Source: a virus. From it: 64,000 nt of DNA. The notes under the pieces are model-generated. The model did no database searches, was not told where the DNA came from, and saw nothing but the letters and a program-made list of their open reading frames with translations. Position 1 is the stretch's first letter, and each line of letters opens with the position of its first letter. Positions 36,944-46,589 of the stretch are shown piece by piece. A program made the translations under genes and the position numbers. The stretch covers positions 1-64,000 of IMG/VR virus record IMGVR_UViG_3300025154_000052; one strand, 5' to 3'.

Positions 36944-38234
36944 GAATGTAGTACGTTTGGCCCTTTCGAATGTCGGGTAGGCGTTTTACAGGCTGTGCCG
37001 CCGCTTTTCTCCTGGCTATGGCCGCCTGGAGGTTGTCCATGCTTCCGAACAGCCGGATGAACGTGTACTTACCCTGTTCCTTCCAGTAGGTGTCCGCCGG
37101 AGCTCGCGCCCCGTCGATGTACTGGTCGCGAGGAGCGCCAGACGTGATCCACGCCTGTGCGGTCATGCGGACGGTGTTGTAGCCCCGTGCATCAAGGGCT
37201 GCCGGTTGTCCATGCGCTTCCGAGAACGCGACAAGGGAGTCGGCCACCAGCGAGAAGACATCTGGATCGGCAGGCTTGCGCTGGCACTCGGTGCCGTACC
37301 ACAGGCTGGACCACAACTTCACGAGTGACGAGTTTTTGAACCGCTCCTCGAGCATCGGCTTCGCCTTCCCGGTTCGGCGCTTCGTCGGCGTGGATGTGCC
37401 CTGTTGTGACTCTTCCATGGGCGGAACGGCATCCTCTCTGGCAGGCTCAGCCAATAACGAAACGGGCTCATCGTCAGCCGTAACGGGGGGTAGACTGCGT
37501 TCGCAGGACTGAGCGGCTGGGGTGGTAGCCGTTCGGGGGGGGCGGCCCGCTGACGGGGCGATATCGAGTCGGAGTTGCGGCCGGGCACGACGCGACGGGG
37601 TGGGTGCTATCCCCGATCCCGTTTTGGTTCCCGTTCCCGTATTCTCCCCCCGGTCCCCGACCTCTCTCTTCCCAGCGGTCCCCTCCCCGTTCCCCCGATC
37701 AGCCACGGTGCCCGCTCCGGGCTCGATGCCCCGATCCGCTACTGACTCGAGCGAAGCCGAGTCAGTTATTCCCCGTACCCTCTCCTCCCGAAGGGAGGAG
37801 ATATTGTTAGTAGGGTTAAGATCAGAAGAAGAAGTATTAATAATAGAATAGGTATTAGACGCGCGCGCGCGCGAGGGAGGTTTTTGGGAGGGAAGCGGGA
37901 GGAATTCGGGAGGGAGCGTGGAGGGATCAGGGCCTGAGAACCGCGCCATTACGGCATCGGCTGGGAGGAATGCTGGAGAAGTACTGGGAGGTTTTTGGGA
38001 GGGAAGCGGGAGGAATGCATTCGTATGTGCCAACCTTATGACTTGACGTGCTTTCCAGTCTGTCATCCCGGTGTGAGAAGAAAACCGCCGTCTACCCCAA
38101 TCGGCTTCATGTCCAGTGGCCAGAATCGCTTGATAGGCGATCTCGGCTAGCAGTTCATCGCATGGAGCGTCAGCGGTGTATCTGCCCGCAAGAAAGTGCT
38201 CGTATACGCGCTCGGCTTGAATAACGAGATGCAT
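36912..38234 (-). CDS. Replication initiator protein (lambda O-like position)
   Basis: ATG at 38234 after GGAG; internal direct repeats and low-complexity linker; upstream of the DnaC-like and DnaB genes. Confidence 0.6.
   Translation of the reverse strand: MHLVIQAERVYEHFLAGRYTADAPCDELLAEIAYQAILATGHEADWGRRRFSSHTGMTDWKARQVIRLAHTNAFLPLPSQKPPSTSPAFLPADAVMARFSGPDPSTLPPEFLPLPSQKPPSRARASNTYSIINTSSSDLNPTNNISSLREERVRGITDSASLESVADRGIEPGAGTVADRGNGEGTAGKREVGDRGENTGTGTKTGSGIAPTPSRRARPQLRLDIAPSAGRPPRTATTPAAQSCERSLPPVTADDEPVSLLAEPAREDAVPPMEESQQGTSTPTKRRTGKAKPMLEERFKNSSLVKLWSSLWYGTECQRKPADPDVFSLVADSLVAFSEAHGQPAALDARGYNTVRMTAQAWITSGAPRDQYIDGARAPADTYWKEQGKYTFIRLFGSMDNLQAAIARRKAAAQPVKRLPDIRKGQTYYIHDEMPEVREL
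37800..38016. repeat. Iteron-like direct repeats, GC-dinucleotide run and AT-rich tract (probable origin)
   Basis: 31-bp GGGAGGTTTTTGGGAGGGAAGCGGGAGGAAT at 37875-37905 and 37986-38016; alternating CG run at about 37860-37873; AT-rich 37800-37858. Confidence 0.65.
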
Positions 38235-38244
38235 GATGTCTCCG

Positions 38245-38457
38245 CTACCGCTGACATGCCGGCTTATCGATACTGGACGTGCAACCGGAATTTGTTGCTG
38301 CATTCTCAATGGCTTCAATTGCCGCCAGTGGAATACGGATGGCACCACGCGGATGGAGTCGTATGGAGGGGATATCGCCGCGCCTGATAGCAGAATAGAC
38401 AACGCCTGGTTTAAGGTTCAGCCTGAACATCACATCTCTTGGTGACAAATACTTCAT
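38245..38457 (-). CDS. Excisionase/MerR-like HTH DNA-binding protein
   Basis: YLSPRDVMFRLNLKPGVVYSAIRRGDIPSIRL...IRIP. Confidence 0.75.
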   Translation of the reverse strand: MKYLSPRDVMFRLNLKPGVVYSAIRRGDIPSIRLHPRGAIRIPLAAIEAIENAATNSGCTSSIDKPACQR

Positions 38458-38602
38458 GTTTACCGCCTCCGCAAATCAGAGCTAATCGCAATCGAGATTT
38501 TACCCTGTGAAAAGGTGGCAGTCAATGAAAATAACTATCAAATAGTATTTGAATGATTGTCTTGGCAGGTAGGAGATGGCGATGGAAGAAGAGGATGATG
38601 GT

Positions 38603-39190
38603 CTAGAACGGGATGTCGTCGTCGAAGTTGGTATAGTCGCCATCGGACGGAGGCGGGGCATCGCCTGACACGGCGTCGGAGGACTGTCCGGAAGCCTGCT
38701 GTCCATCGTTCGGCTCTTCGGGGGCGAGTGGATCACCCAGTGCCGCGATATGCCGTTTCACGTCGAGGTAGTCCCCCGGTGTGATCTGGGCATAGGAGTA
38801 GGCGTCGATCTCCATGAACTTCGGGTTCTTGCCCTTCCGTATGGCGGCCTTGAACAGTCGGCCACCCATTGCGTCGAGAATCGCGTTGGCGTTATCGAAG
38901 TCAAACGGCTTATGGATTTGGTTCCCGTCCGCGTCTCGGTACGCGGCGCGGACCCAGTTGATGAATACCCAGCGCTGTTTTTCTGCCGCCGGGTTGAAAA
39001 AAGCACTGGTCTCCTGGTTGTGGATCAGCGCGCCCTTGTCGTTGTACCCGAAGCCGACGAAGATGCATTTCTTTCCTTGATCGTGCGGAATCACTTCCGC
39101 CAGGGCCAAGACGGCTGTCCCTTCGTCGCGAATGTACTTGGATTGTGTTGCAGAGTCGAATTTCGAATCGAACGGATCTTCTACTGTCAT
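38603..39190 (-). CDS. Single-stranded DNA-binding protein-like
   Basis: Acidic C-terminal tail ending FDDDIPF; follows the AAA ATPase gene. Confidence 0.6.
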   Translation of the reverse strand: MTVEDPFDSKFDSATQSKYIRDEGTAVLALAEVIPHDQGKKCIFVGFGYNDKGALIHNQETSAFFNPAAEKQRWVFINWVRAAYRDADGNQIHKPFDFDNANAILDAMGGRLFKAAIRKGKNPKFMEIDAYSYAQITPGDYLDVKRHIAALGDPLAPEEPNDGQQASGQSSDAVSGDAPPPSDGDYTNFDDDIPF

Positions 39191-39228
39191 ACTTTCTCCG
39201 AAAATGAATTGAGAACGTGAACTTGATA

Positions 39229-40122
39229 TCAGGTCAACCGCGAAACGGCACGTCTGCCGGTGCGCGGAGTAGATGAGGATGTCGTTTGTGAGACGTCTTC
39301 CCCTGTGGACCCGTCAAAAGCACCGGGCTTTTCATCCGTGATGGGGTGTACCTGGTCAGAGTCTTCCTTGTCCTGGCTTTCCCCTTTGATCCAAAGGGTC
39401 AGGAGGGACGCCACTTCGTCGCCCGGGTTGGCAAAGGTCTTGCCGTCCAGCGCAGGGACACGACACTTGCCGTTGAAGTGGAGCAGACGGCTGTCTTTCG
39501 TCTGTTCCAACTGGCAGATGATCTTGAACTGGTACTCATCCTCCGGGCGGAAGATGGCCTTTTCCCCGAGTTTCACGGGCACTGCCTTCTTGTTGCCACG
39601 GTCATCTACTCGTTCTTCGATCCCGGTCTTGATGGAACTCTTGGCGGTCACAAGTACAGGGAGCCCGAGTTTGTTCATTTCCTCGAGCAACCGTTCGTGA
39701 CGCGGTGTCATCACCGACCATGGGTTTGCGCGGGATGTCTCCTTGAGTTTGTCGATCTCCCGGAGGATGCCCCCGGACTCGTTCCATTCAGAACTCAGGG
39801 AGTCGATCCCGACTACCGAATAGCCGGCCGATTTCACCTCGTAGAGCGCCGCGATGAAGCGCTCGGGAGTGTAGGGTGCGTCAAGGGGGAGTACGTCGAA
39901 GTCGAAGTGCTCCTGATAGTCCAGGGTGGATGTGGATTCGGTATCGATCACGCAGAGGCGACCGTCACCGGGCTTACCATTGCCGCGTTTGAGCAGTGCC
40001 GCAAGCGGACACCCGATCTTCAGGAGGGAGAAGGTCTTACCCGACCAAGGAAGACCCCACATGAACATGACGAGATGTCGATACCGGTTGGTGCGCGCGT
40101 CCCGCGCTCTGATGATGGCCAC
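39229..40122 (-). CDS. AAA-family ATPase (phage recombination module)
   Basis: WGLPWSGKT, LCVIDTE, VGIDSLSSEW. Confidence 0.8.
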   Translation of the reverse strand: MAIIRARDARTNRYRHLVMFMWGLPWSGKTFSLLKIGCPLAALLKRGNGKPGDGRLCVIDTESTSTLDYQEHFDFDVLPLDAPYTPERFIAALYEVKSAGYSVVGIDSLSSEWNESGGILREIDKLKETSRANPWSVMTPRHERLLEEMNKLGLPVLVTAKSSIKTGIEERVDDRGNKKAVPVKLGEKAIFRPEDEYQFKIICQLEQTKDSRLLHFNGKCRVPALDGKTFANPGDEVASLLTLWIKGESQDKEDSDQVHPITDEKPGAFDGSTGEDVSQTTSSSTPRTGRRAVSRLT

Positions 40123-40166
40123 TTCCGCCTCCGCTATAAGTTGTCGCCGTCGTCGTCAACAACAAT

Positions 40167-40195
40167 AGTGTACCATGCGGTAAGCGTAAATACAA
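40167..40195 (-). promoter_or_regulatory. Putative sigma70 promoter
   Basis: TTGTAT-N17-TACACT with an extended TG, in an AT-rich gap. Confidence 0.55.
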
Positions 40196-40212
40196 ACTAT
40201 TTTTTTAATGGT

Positions 40213-41649
40213 TCAGACCTGCGGGGCAAAAAAATCATCGTCCCAGTTATCTTCGACCGGGGATTCGGGGATGTCTGACGGAATGGAGAACAGGCTGGAC
40301 AGGTTCGGGTGCTGGCTACACAGTTGAACGTATTCACACGTTCCTCTGCCCATGCACGCCCATGGCGCGGAACGTGGGAAGTCGAGCACCAATTCTGTGT
40401 CGGCGCTACTTGCCAGTTTCTCGAGCGTGACGCGGTTAGCCGATTTATAGTCTTCGACCTGCAGTCGTGCCCGGCCAAGGGATAACACATCCCGATAAGC
40501 CGCTATCTCGAACACCTCAATCTGATGATCCGTGACCGTTATCGGCTCGCGGTGGAAGAACCAGTTAGAGACCAGACCGTTGTACACGGACTGGTAGTCT
40601 TCGCTCTCCTCCAGAACGACCCCCAACTCATCCACAGCAGTTCGATACATCTCCGCTGTGGTGTCGATGGCAGCGGTGCTGACGGCTCGAGCCTTGGACC
40701 CGTCGAGAGACCTGCCGGAAGTCGTTCCGCACCGAGAACAGGGAACGGTATTTCCCTTCGCGTGTGTCATCGGACAGGCAATCAACTTCGGCTCGCCGGG
40801 AAGTTTCGTCCTGATGAGGTTGTAGATCACCTCGTTCGGACGGTCCTGTCGTCCCCACAGGCCATCACCGAAGGCAACGTAGGCGATGCCCTGTGTATCG
40901 AGCCGGTACATCTCCATGGCGGCTTCCCAGCGTCGGGAGATGGTAGTCTTGTGTTCGATGATCTTGATCCTGCCATCAGCCAGGTCCCGAACCACCAGAT
41001 CCCGGCGTCCTCGGTAGTATTTATCCCGGGCGAGTCGTCCGGTGGGAGTGTACACCCGGCCTGAGAACCATCCCTCTACGTCGATGATCTGATACCATTG
41101 GGCGTCGTGGTCGCCCCACGTCGCCCAATGGTTCCACATGAGGCTATCGGCCAGGTCCATCATGTCCTGCCGTGCCTCATGCGTCATTGGGATATCCTGC
41201 CGGTCGATCATCTCCCGGAGTACGATGTCCCGTTCCTCGAGCACGCCCATCCACGCACCTGTGACGTCGTTATGCTTGAGCCGAAGGAGTCGACACACAT
41301 CGTCCTTGTCCTTCACCCCAAGGAAGCTGAAGATGTCTCGGATATCGTCACCGGTCAGTCCTTCAGCGGTAGGTCCCCATGCGATGATCTTGAGTAGCGG
41401 TTCAATGGCCGCCTTCCTGGTGACCTTCTGGACGATGTACAGGCGTTGCAGGAGGTCGTGAACGAGTCCGCCAAGGTAGGCAGGTACTCGAGGTCGGGTA
41501 GGTTTGATGCCGAGTCCGTGGTTGAGTAGCCACTTGAACCGGCACTTCTTCAGTTCGACGAGTTGACTATGACTCGCCGTTATCGGTCTCTGCCGAACCT
41601 TCATCTTCACGCCACCCCTCCAGGAGAGCGGCCGGATATCCGATCGCAT
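40213..41649 (-). CDS. PD-(D/E)XK exonuclease (RecB/AddB/Cas4-like)
   Basis: SHSQL...CRFKW, GGLVHDLL, GRRDLVV...IIEHKT, QGIAY, C-terminal Cys cluster (ACMGRGTCEYVQLC). Confidence 0.8.
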   Translation of the reverse strand: MRSDIRPLSWRGGVKMKVRQRPITASHSQLVELKKCRFKWLLNHGLGIKPTRPRVPAYLGGLVHDLLQRLYIVQKVTRKAAIEPLLKIIAWGPTAEGLTGDDIRDIFSFLGVKDKDDVCRLLRLKHNDVTGAWMGVLEERDIVLREMIDRQDIPMTHEARQDMMDLADSLMWNHWATWGDHDAQWYQIIDVEGWFSGRVYTPTGRLARDKYYRGRRDLVVRDLADGRIKIIEHKTTISRRWEAAMEMYRLDTQGIAYVAFGDGLWGRQDRPNEVIYNLIRTKLPGEPKLIACPMTHAKGNTVPCSRCGTTSGRSLDGSKARAVSTAAIDTTAEMYRTAVDELGVVLEESEDYQSVYNGLVSNWFFHREPITVTDHQIEVFEIAAYRDVLSLGRARLQVEDYKSANRVTLEKLASSADTELVLDFPRSAPWACMGRGTCEYVQLCSQHPNLSSLFSIPSDIPESPVEDNWDDDFFAPQV

Positions 41650-42100
41650 CTCGAAGTATTTCGACTGGCAACCCGAGTTGCGCTGTCACCGGCACCAGTT
41701 TTTCATCGTTCGCCTCATGCGGCGACCGGAGCCACTGGGAAACCGACCGCTGCGGCAGGCTGATGAGATCGGACAGCCGCTGTACCGATAAGTCGATGGC
41801 CGCCATCCGAACGCGGATACGGTCCTTCGTGTTCGCTTCGTGCCGGAGCCCTTCCTCGTAGTTCTCGAACAGGTAGTCGCCCAGATCAGGGCGGAACCAG
41901 TAGTCGAGGCTTGAGAGACCCAACACCGAAGTCAGCATCGACAGTCGCTGGAGTTCGGGAAACTGCCGTGACTTCATGGAGTGGTAGGCTTGAGGCGTGA
42001 AGCCCACCTCGCGGCAGAGCCAGGTGAAACTTCTATCGAGAGCCGCCAGCCGTATCGCCACCTTCTTGTGAAAGTGCTGGACGGGTTTTGGTTTTGCCAC
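41567..42100 (-). CDS. Tandem double-HTH (XRE-like) transcription regulator
   Basis: Two XRE-like units (FTWLCREVGFTPQAYHSM; VQRLSDLISLPQRSVSQWLR). GTG at 42100 after AAAGGG. Confidence 0.6.
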   Translation of the reverse strand: MAKPKPVQHFHKKVAIRLAALDRSFTWLCREVGFTPQAYHSMKSRQFPELQRLSMLTSVLGLSSLDYWFRPDLGDYLFENYEEGLRHEANTKDRIRVRMAAIDLSVQRLSDLISLPQRSVSQWLRSPHEANDEKLVPVTAQLGLPVEILRDAIGYPAALLEGWREDEGSAETDNGES

Positions 42101-42133
42101 AGAAAATCCCTTTCTATATTGAACGTTACCGAC

Positions 42134-42169
42134 TAACGCTAACATATCAGCGTTATTTTAAGGTGTCAA
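42134..42169 (-). promoter_or_regulatory. Sigma70 promoter with overlapping inverted-repeat operator
   Basis: TTGACA-N17-TATGTT; TAACGCT-N8-AGCGTTA spans the -10 box. Confidence 0.7.
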
Positions 42170-44048
42170 ATCGAGTGCTAAGGTGTTGTGCTATCTGCAC
42201 AATATCTGCTTGGGTGTTTCCGTCAGACGTCGCGCTGACAATGCCACGTTTGCGCTCGATCACATCCCATATGTCCTCGTAGATAGTGCCCTTCCCTACG
42301 AGATAGTAAGCCGTGACCGGGTGCGTCTGGCCGCTACGCCAGCTCCTATCTTCCGCCTGATCGTGGGCGGTGGATGTCCAGTCGAGATCAACGAATAACT
42401 CATTCGGCCCAGCAGTGATATTCAACGCCTCTCGGCCTGCTTTGAGCGAGATGACGATCATCTGCGCTGCCGGTTCGGCCTGGAAGCGCTGGACCTGAGC
42501 GAACCGTGTGGCCGGTGAGTCGTCCCCATGAACTCTCACAGAGATGTCACGAAAGCGCTCATATATCGCCTGCTGAACGTCTCTACTCAGAGCAAAGACC
42601 AGCAACTTTTGGCCCGACTCGAGGAAGTCGGTAATCCATTGGATAGCTACCGGAATCATCGCCTTTGAGGCCAGACTACGCAGCGTTCCAAGCCTGACAA
42701 GGGTCTCAGCCGGAGAAGGCTGCATCGACAGCCAGGATGCGGTTTCTTGCTCGGCTTTCCGGTATTCCTTGGGAAGATCGAGGTCGACCAGCACCTTAAC
42801 CCGGGTCTTCGGCGGAAGGTCCTTGAGCACATCGATCTTACGGCGTCGGATCATGCAGGTACTGCGTAGCACCTCGTTGAACTCGCGCAGATGTAGCGCT
42901 TCCGGGTCCGCGTCGGGATGGACCCATCCCCAGTTTGCTTGGTACGCCCCGCAATAGCGCTTCGTCATGGTGTGCCAGCCACCAACGTCATCCAACCGTC
43001 CAAGAATCTTCAGGATCGGAATCCACTCCTTCACCTGATTGTTGATCGGCGTGCCGGATAGGCCCAATCGGACACGAAGTTTAGCACCCAGGATCTTGAC
43101 CAGATCCATGATGGCGCTGGTGCGTTGGCTCCCCGGGTTGCCGAGATAATGAACCTCGTCAAGGACAAGCCCAGACAGTCCCTGTTGAATGAGGTTTTGA
43201 AGTATGGCCGATAGCGCGACTCGTCGCCCCTTCTTCTCGACTCGCCAGGGTTGTTCCTTTGTCGCCTCATTGAATGTGCGTCTGGCCGTTGGGCTGATAA
43301 TGCAGTTGCGCAGACGTCGCGCTGGACGGTCGTATCCACCGACTACGATACCGAGGGATTGAAGGAGCTCTCTCGCTTCACGTTGCGCCATGCCTTCGGG
43401 ATGGAAGATCGACGCAACATCCATCCAGCCATCGGCCAGCAGGTCGTAGTTGATCACGGTGATGTCGGCTGGAGTCGTATTCCCCTGTCCCGAGTTGATC
43501 ACGTTAACGCTTCTGTGAGGAAGCGCAATAGCCAACTCGTCAGCCCAGTTGTACTTTGCGCTGGCAGGACAGACGACCAGTGCTGGGTAGGCTTGAGCCA
43601 GTTCGACTGCTGCGATGGCTTGCAGAGTTTTCCCAACGCCCATCTCGTCAGCAATGATGACACGGAAGTCGGCCATCTGGCAGTAACAAACGCCGGCGCG
43701 CTGGTACGGCCTGAGTTTTCGGCGAAGTCCCGGGACATCAACTGATGCGTCAACGGCTCGAGAAGCCGCGAGCAACTTGCGCCCATTCCCTTCAAGCGAG
43801 ACAATCTTATCCATCGCTACCCGCTGACACAGGAAGTTGTGCTTCCTTCCGAGTAGCCGGACAGCGATGGCAGCAGATCTTGAAGTAGCAGGGACGGTCC
43901 AGATTCCACGGGACGGGTCGTATTCTCGGCCTGGCAAGTCATGCACGTCGGCTATTAATGCCTGACTGGGCGTGAAACCCACATGAAACGTGTCTGCCGA
44001 TTTGTCGTATCCAATCCATCTCTCTGGTGCCAATCGTGCTACCTCCAA
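42153..44048 (-). CDS. SNF2-family helicase (HARP/SMARCAL1-like)
   Basis: ADEMGVGKT, DEVH, LSGTP, QAEDRSWRSGQ; N-terminal HARP-like region. Confidence 0.9.
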   Translation of the reverse strand: MEVARLAPERWIGYDKSADTFHVGFTPSQALIADVHDLPGREYDPSRGIWTVPATSRSAAIAVRLLGRKHNFLCQRVAMDKIVSLEGNGRKLLAASRAVDASVDVPGLRRKLRPYQRAGVCYCQMADFRVIIADEMGVGKTLQAIAAVELAQAYPALVVCPASAKYNWADELAIALPHRSVNVINSGQGNTTPADITVINYDLLADGWMDVASIFHPEGMAQREARELLQSLGIVVGGYDRPARRLRNCIISPTARRTFNEATKEQPWRVEKKGRRVALSAILQNLIQQGLSGLVLDEVHYLGNPGSQRTSAIMDLVKILGAKLRVRLGLSGTPINNQVKEWIPILKILGRLDDVGGWHTMTKRYCGAYQANWGWVHPDADPEALHLREFNEVLRSTCMIRRRKIDVLKDLPPKTRVKVLVDLDLPKEYRKAEQETASWLSMQPSPAETLVRLGTLRSLASKAMIPVAIQWITDFLESGQKLLVFALSRDVQQAIYERFRDISVRVHGDDSPATRFAQVQRFQAEPAAQMIVISLKAGREALNITAGPNELFVDLDWTSTAHDQAEDRSWRSGQTHPVTAYYLVGKGTIYEDIWDVIERKRGIVSATSDGNTQADIVQIAQHLSTRFDTLK

Positions 44049-44173
44049 ATCTTAATCTAACTCCGGATGCACAAACTTTCAACTGATTTTTTATTGATAC
44101 GAGACAACGGCGTGAATTTGCCCACATCGATCAAATAAGACACGATGGATCAATCAGTCATTTTGGAGGAGTC

Positions 44174-44860
44174 ATGGACGAGCAAGACAAAGATCTTGAA
44201 ACGCATAGCGGAACCGCCAGGTCATGGAATCGTCAGCCCGGGGAGACATCGAAAGCATGGGCGCTATTCAAGTTGTGGCTTCGAGATCCGAATCACAGTT
44301 TTACCACTGCGGCTCGTAAGTACCGTGAGATCAACGGGCTGAAAAATCCGCCAAAAAATCCATGGATCGGTTGGATGCAGGATGCCCGGCTGAAGTGGAA
44401 GTGGGAGAAAAGACTTGATGATTACGAGGCACACCTTGATCAGCAGCGGGCTGCACTCGAGGCTGAGCAGCAGCGCGCACAGGTAAACATGTGGTTCGGG
44501 CGTGATCCGGCGTGGAGGGAGGAGCGCTACAAGATGGCTGAAGCCCTCGTGGATCGAGTGAAACAGATGCTCGCTATCCCGCTGGTTGAGACAGTCAGTG
44601 AGACGACAGAGGCACTTCCGGATGGACGGACACTTAAGCGTGTGACCATCCTTAAACCGGTGCACTGGCGGCATTCGGACATCCCCAGTTTTCTGGCCGT
44701 GGCAGATAAACTGGCGGCGCTGGCACTTGGCAAACCGACCGACCATACCAAGGTGGAGACCAACAACTACGCTGAAATGTCAGAAGACGAACTCGATAGA
44801 CTCATGGAGAAAAAGATCCTTGAACTCAAGGGTCTCACCGTCCCAGACATGGTCCAGTAG
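44174..44860 (+). CDS. Hypothetical DNA-binding protein, possibly terminase small subunit-like
   Basis: WNRQPGETSKAWALF...W..KWKWEKR pattern; helical. Confidence 0.35.
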   Translation: MDEQDKDLETHSGTARSWNRQPGETSKAWALFKLWLRDPNHSFTTAARKYREINGLKNPPKNPWIGWMQDARLKWKWEKRLDDYEAHLDQQRAALEAEQQRAQVNMWFGRDPAWREERYKMAEALVDRVKQMLAIPLVETVSETTEALPDGRTLKRVTILKPVHWRHSDIPSFLAVADKLAALALGKPTDHTKVETNNYAEMSEDELDRLMEKKILELKGLTVPDMVQ

Positions 44861-44959
44861 CTTCCGACCGCGAAACATTAAAATAGCCGTTGACTCTGGT
44901 GCAATTCCGGGCTACGATCTCCTCTGCGGTACTGGCGTGAACGCTGACAGGAGATACGC

Positions 44960-46582
44960 ATGCCCGGAATGGAAGCGGTACGGAGTCTTTTTGGTCGGTT
45001 GGATAAACCGGCAGTAGCCGTGGGGTTCTGCGGAATCGGCGGAGCATGCAAGGGCATTCAGGACGCCCTTGGTGTGGCCCCGCTGGTTGCCGTGAATCAC
45101 AGCCGGGCGGCCATCGCTGCCCATGCAGCCAACTTTCCGGACACGATCCACATTCAGGAGGACATCTTACAAGTTGCCCCGCTTCGCGTGACCCGTGGCC
45201 GCAAGGTAAAGTACGGCTGGCTTTCCCCGGATTGCACTCATCATAGCCGGGCCAAGGGAGCAAAACCGCTCGATTCTGGGCGCCGCTCGCTTGCCAACGT
45301 AGCCATTGACTGGGTTAGAGACCTCGGGCTCGACGTACTTTTCCTCGAGAACGTTCCGGAGTTTCGGCAGTGGGGGCCGTTGTATCCGGACGATCATCCG
45401 GACCCGGCGTTAAGGGGACGGCCGATCAAGGAGCGCGCCGGCGAAGACTTCCGCCGATGGTGCGGTGAACTCGAGGCGCTCGGCGGCCATGTGGAGTGGC
45501 GGGTTCTCCGGGCGTGCGACTACGGTGCTCCGACCAGCCGAGAGCGCCTCTATATCGTGGTGCGCTTCGACGGGATTCCCTTCCGATGGCCAGAGCCGAC
45601 GCACGGACCCGGTAGAGTATACCCATGGCGCACCGCTGCATCCTGCATTGACTGGTCGATTCCGGAGCTCAGTATCTTCGCCTCTCCGGAAGAGGCACGG
45701 GCCTGGGCGAAGGCAGTTGGCGCCGATGGCGTGCCCAAGAGGCCGCTTGCCGATGCGACCCTGCGCCGGGTGGCTACGGGGCTGGTGCGGTTCGTGATCG
45801 AGAGTCCACGGCCGTATATCATCCCTTTGAGGGGCACATCTCTGAGTCACCGATCGGCTCATAGTATTGATGTCCCTTTATCCACCGTGACTGCCGGCGG
45901 GACTCATCACGGACTCGTTTCCCCGCTACTCATCAACACGCGGAACGGCGAGCGGATCGGCCAGGCTCCCCGGGTGTACGACATTCAACAGCCATACCCA
46001 ACCGTAACCGCTCAGGGCAGTCAGGGTGCGCTTGTGACCGCCCACCTGACGAGTTTCTATGGCCAGTCAAAAGGGTCGTCTCTCGATGCTCCGTGCCCGT
46101 CGCCGATGGCGAACGTGAACCACGAAGCGCTTGTGACCGCCTGGCTCGCCAAACATTACACGGGCGTCGTCGGCTCGAGCCTGACCGACCCGCTCGGCAC
46201 CGTGACCGGGATCGACCATCACAGCCTCTGCCAGGCCCACCTTGCCCCGGCAGAGATCGCAGGCGCCCGCCGTGTGGCGTCATTCCTATGCACCTACTAC
46301 GGCCAGTCGATCGGCCAGGACCTGCGCGAGCCGATGGCTACCGTCACCGGGCATGACCGGTTCGGGCTTGTGACCGTCGACATCCGTGGGGAGCCGTGGG
46401 TGGTTTATGACGTGTCCTTACGGATGCTCCAGCCGCGAGAGTTGGCAAGGGCGATGGGCTTTCTGGACACCTACAAACTCATCGGCACCAAAGCGGAGCA
46501 AGTGGCAGGGATCGGGAATGCGGTCAGCCCTATCATGGCAGAAGCGCTGGTGCGATCTCACCTGGGCCTGACTGTACAGTGA
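44960..46582 (+). CDS. DNA (cytosine-5) methyltransferase
   Basis: FCGIGG (motif I), SPDC (IV), ENV (VI), RER (VIII), GNAV (X). Confidence 0.93.
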   Translation: MPGMEAVRSLFGRLDKPAVAVGFCGIGGACKGIQDALGVAPLVAVNHSRAAIAAHAANFPDTIHIQEDILQVAPLRVTRGRKVKYGWLSPDCTHHSRAKGAKPLDSGRRSLANVAIDWVRDLGLDVLFLENVPEFRQWGPLYPDDHPDPALRGRPIKERAGEDFRRWCGELEALGGHVEWRVLRACDYGAPTSRERLYIVVRFDGIPFRWPEPTHGPGRVYPWRTAASCIDWSIPELSIFASPEEARAWAKAVGADGVPKRPLADATLRRVATGLVRFVIESPRPYIIPLRGTSLSHRSAHSIDVPLSTVTAGGTHHGLVSPLLINTRNGERIGQAPRVYDIQQPYPTVTAQGSQGALVTAHLTSFYGQSKGSSLDAPCPSPMANVNHEALVTAWLAKHYTGVVGSSLTDPLGTVTGIDHHSLCQAHLAPAEIAGARRVASFLCTYYGQSIGQDLREPMATVTGHDRFGLVTVDIRGEPWVVYDVSLRMLQPRELARAMGFLDTYKLIGTKAEQVAGIGNAVSPIMAEALVRSHLGLTVQ

Positions 46583-46589
46583 GGATGCA

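Noticed and set aside
40213-41649. Calling the nuclease a bona fide cas4
   Set aside because: It is 478 aa, 7 kb from the arrays, inside a recombination operon, and has no cas1 or cas2 partner.
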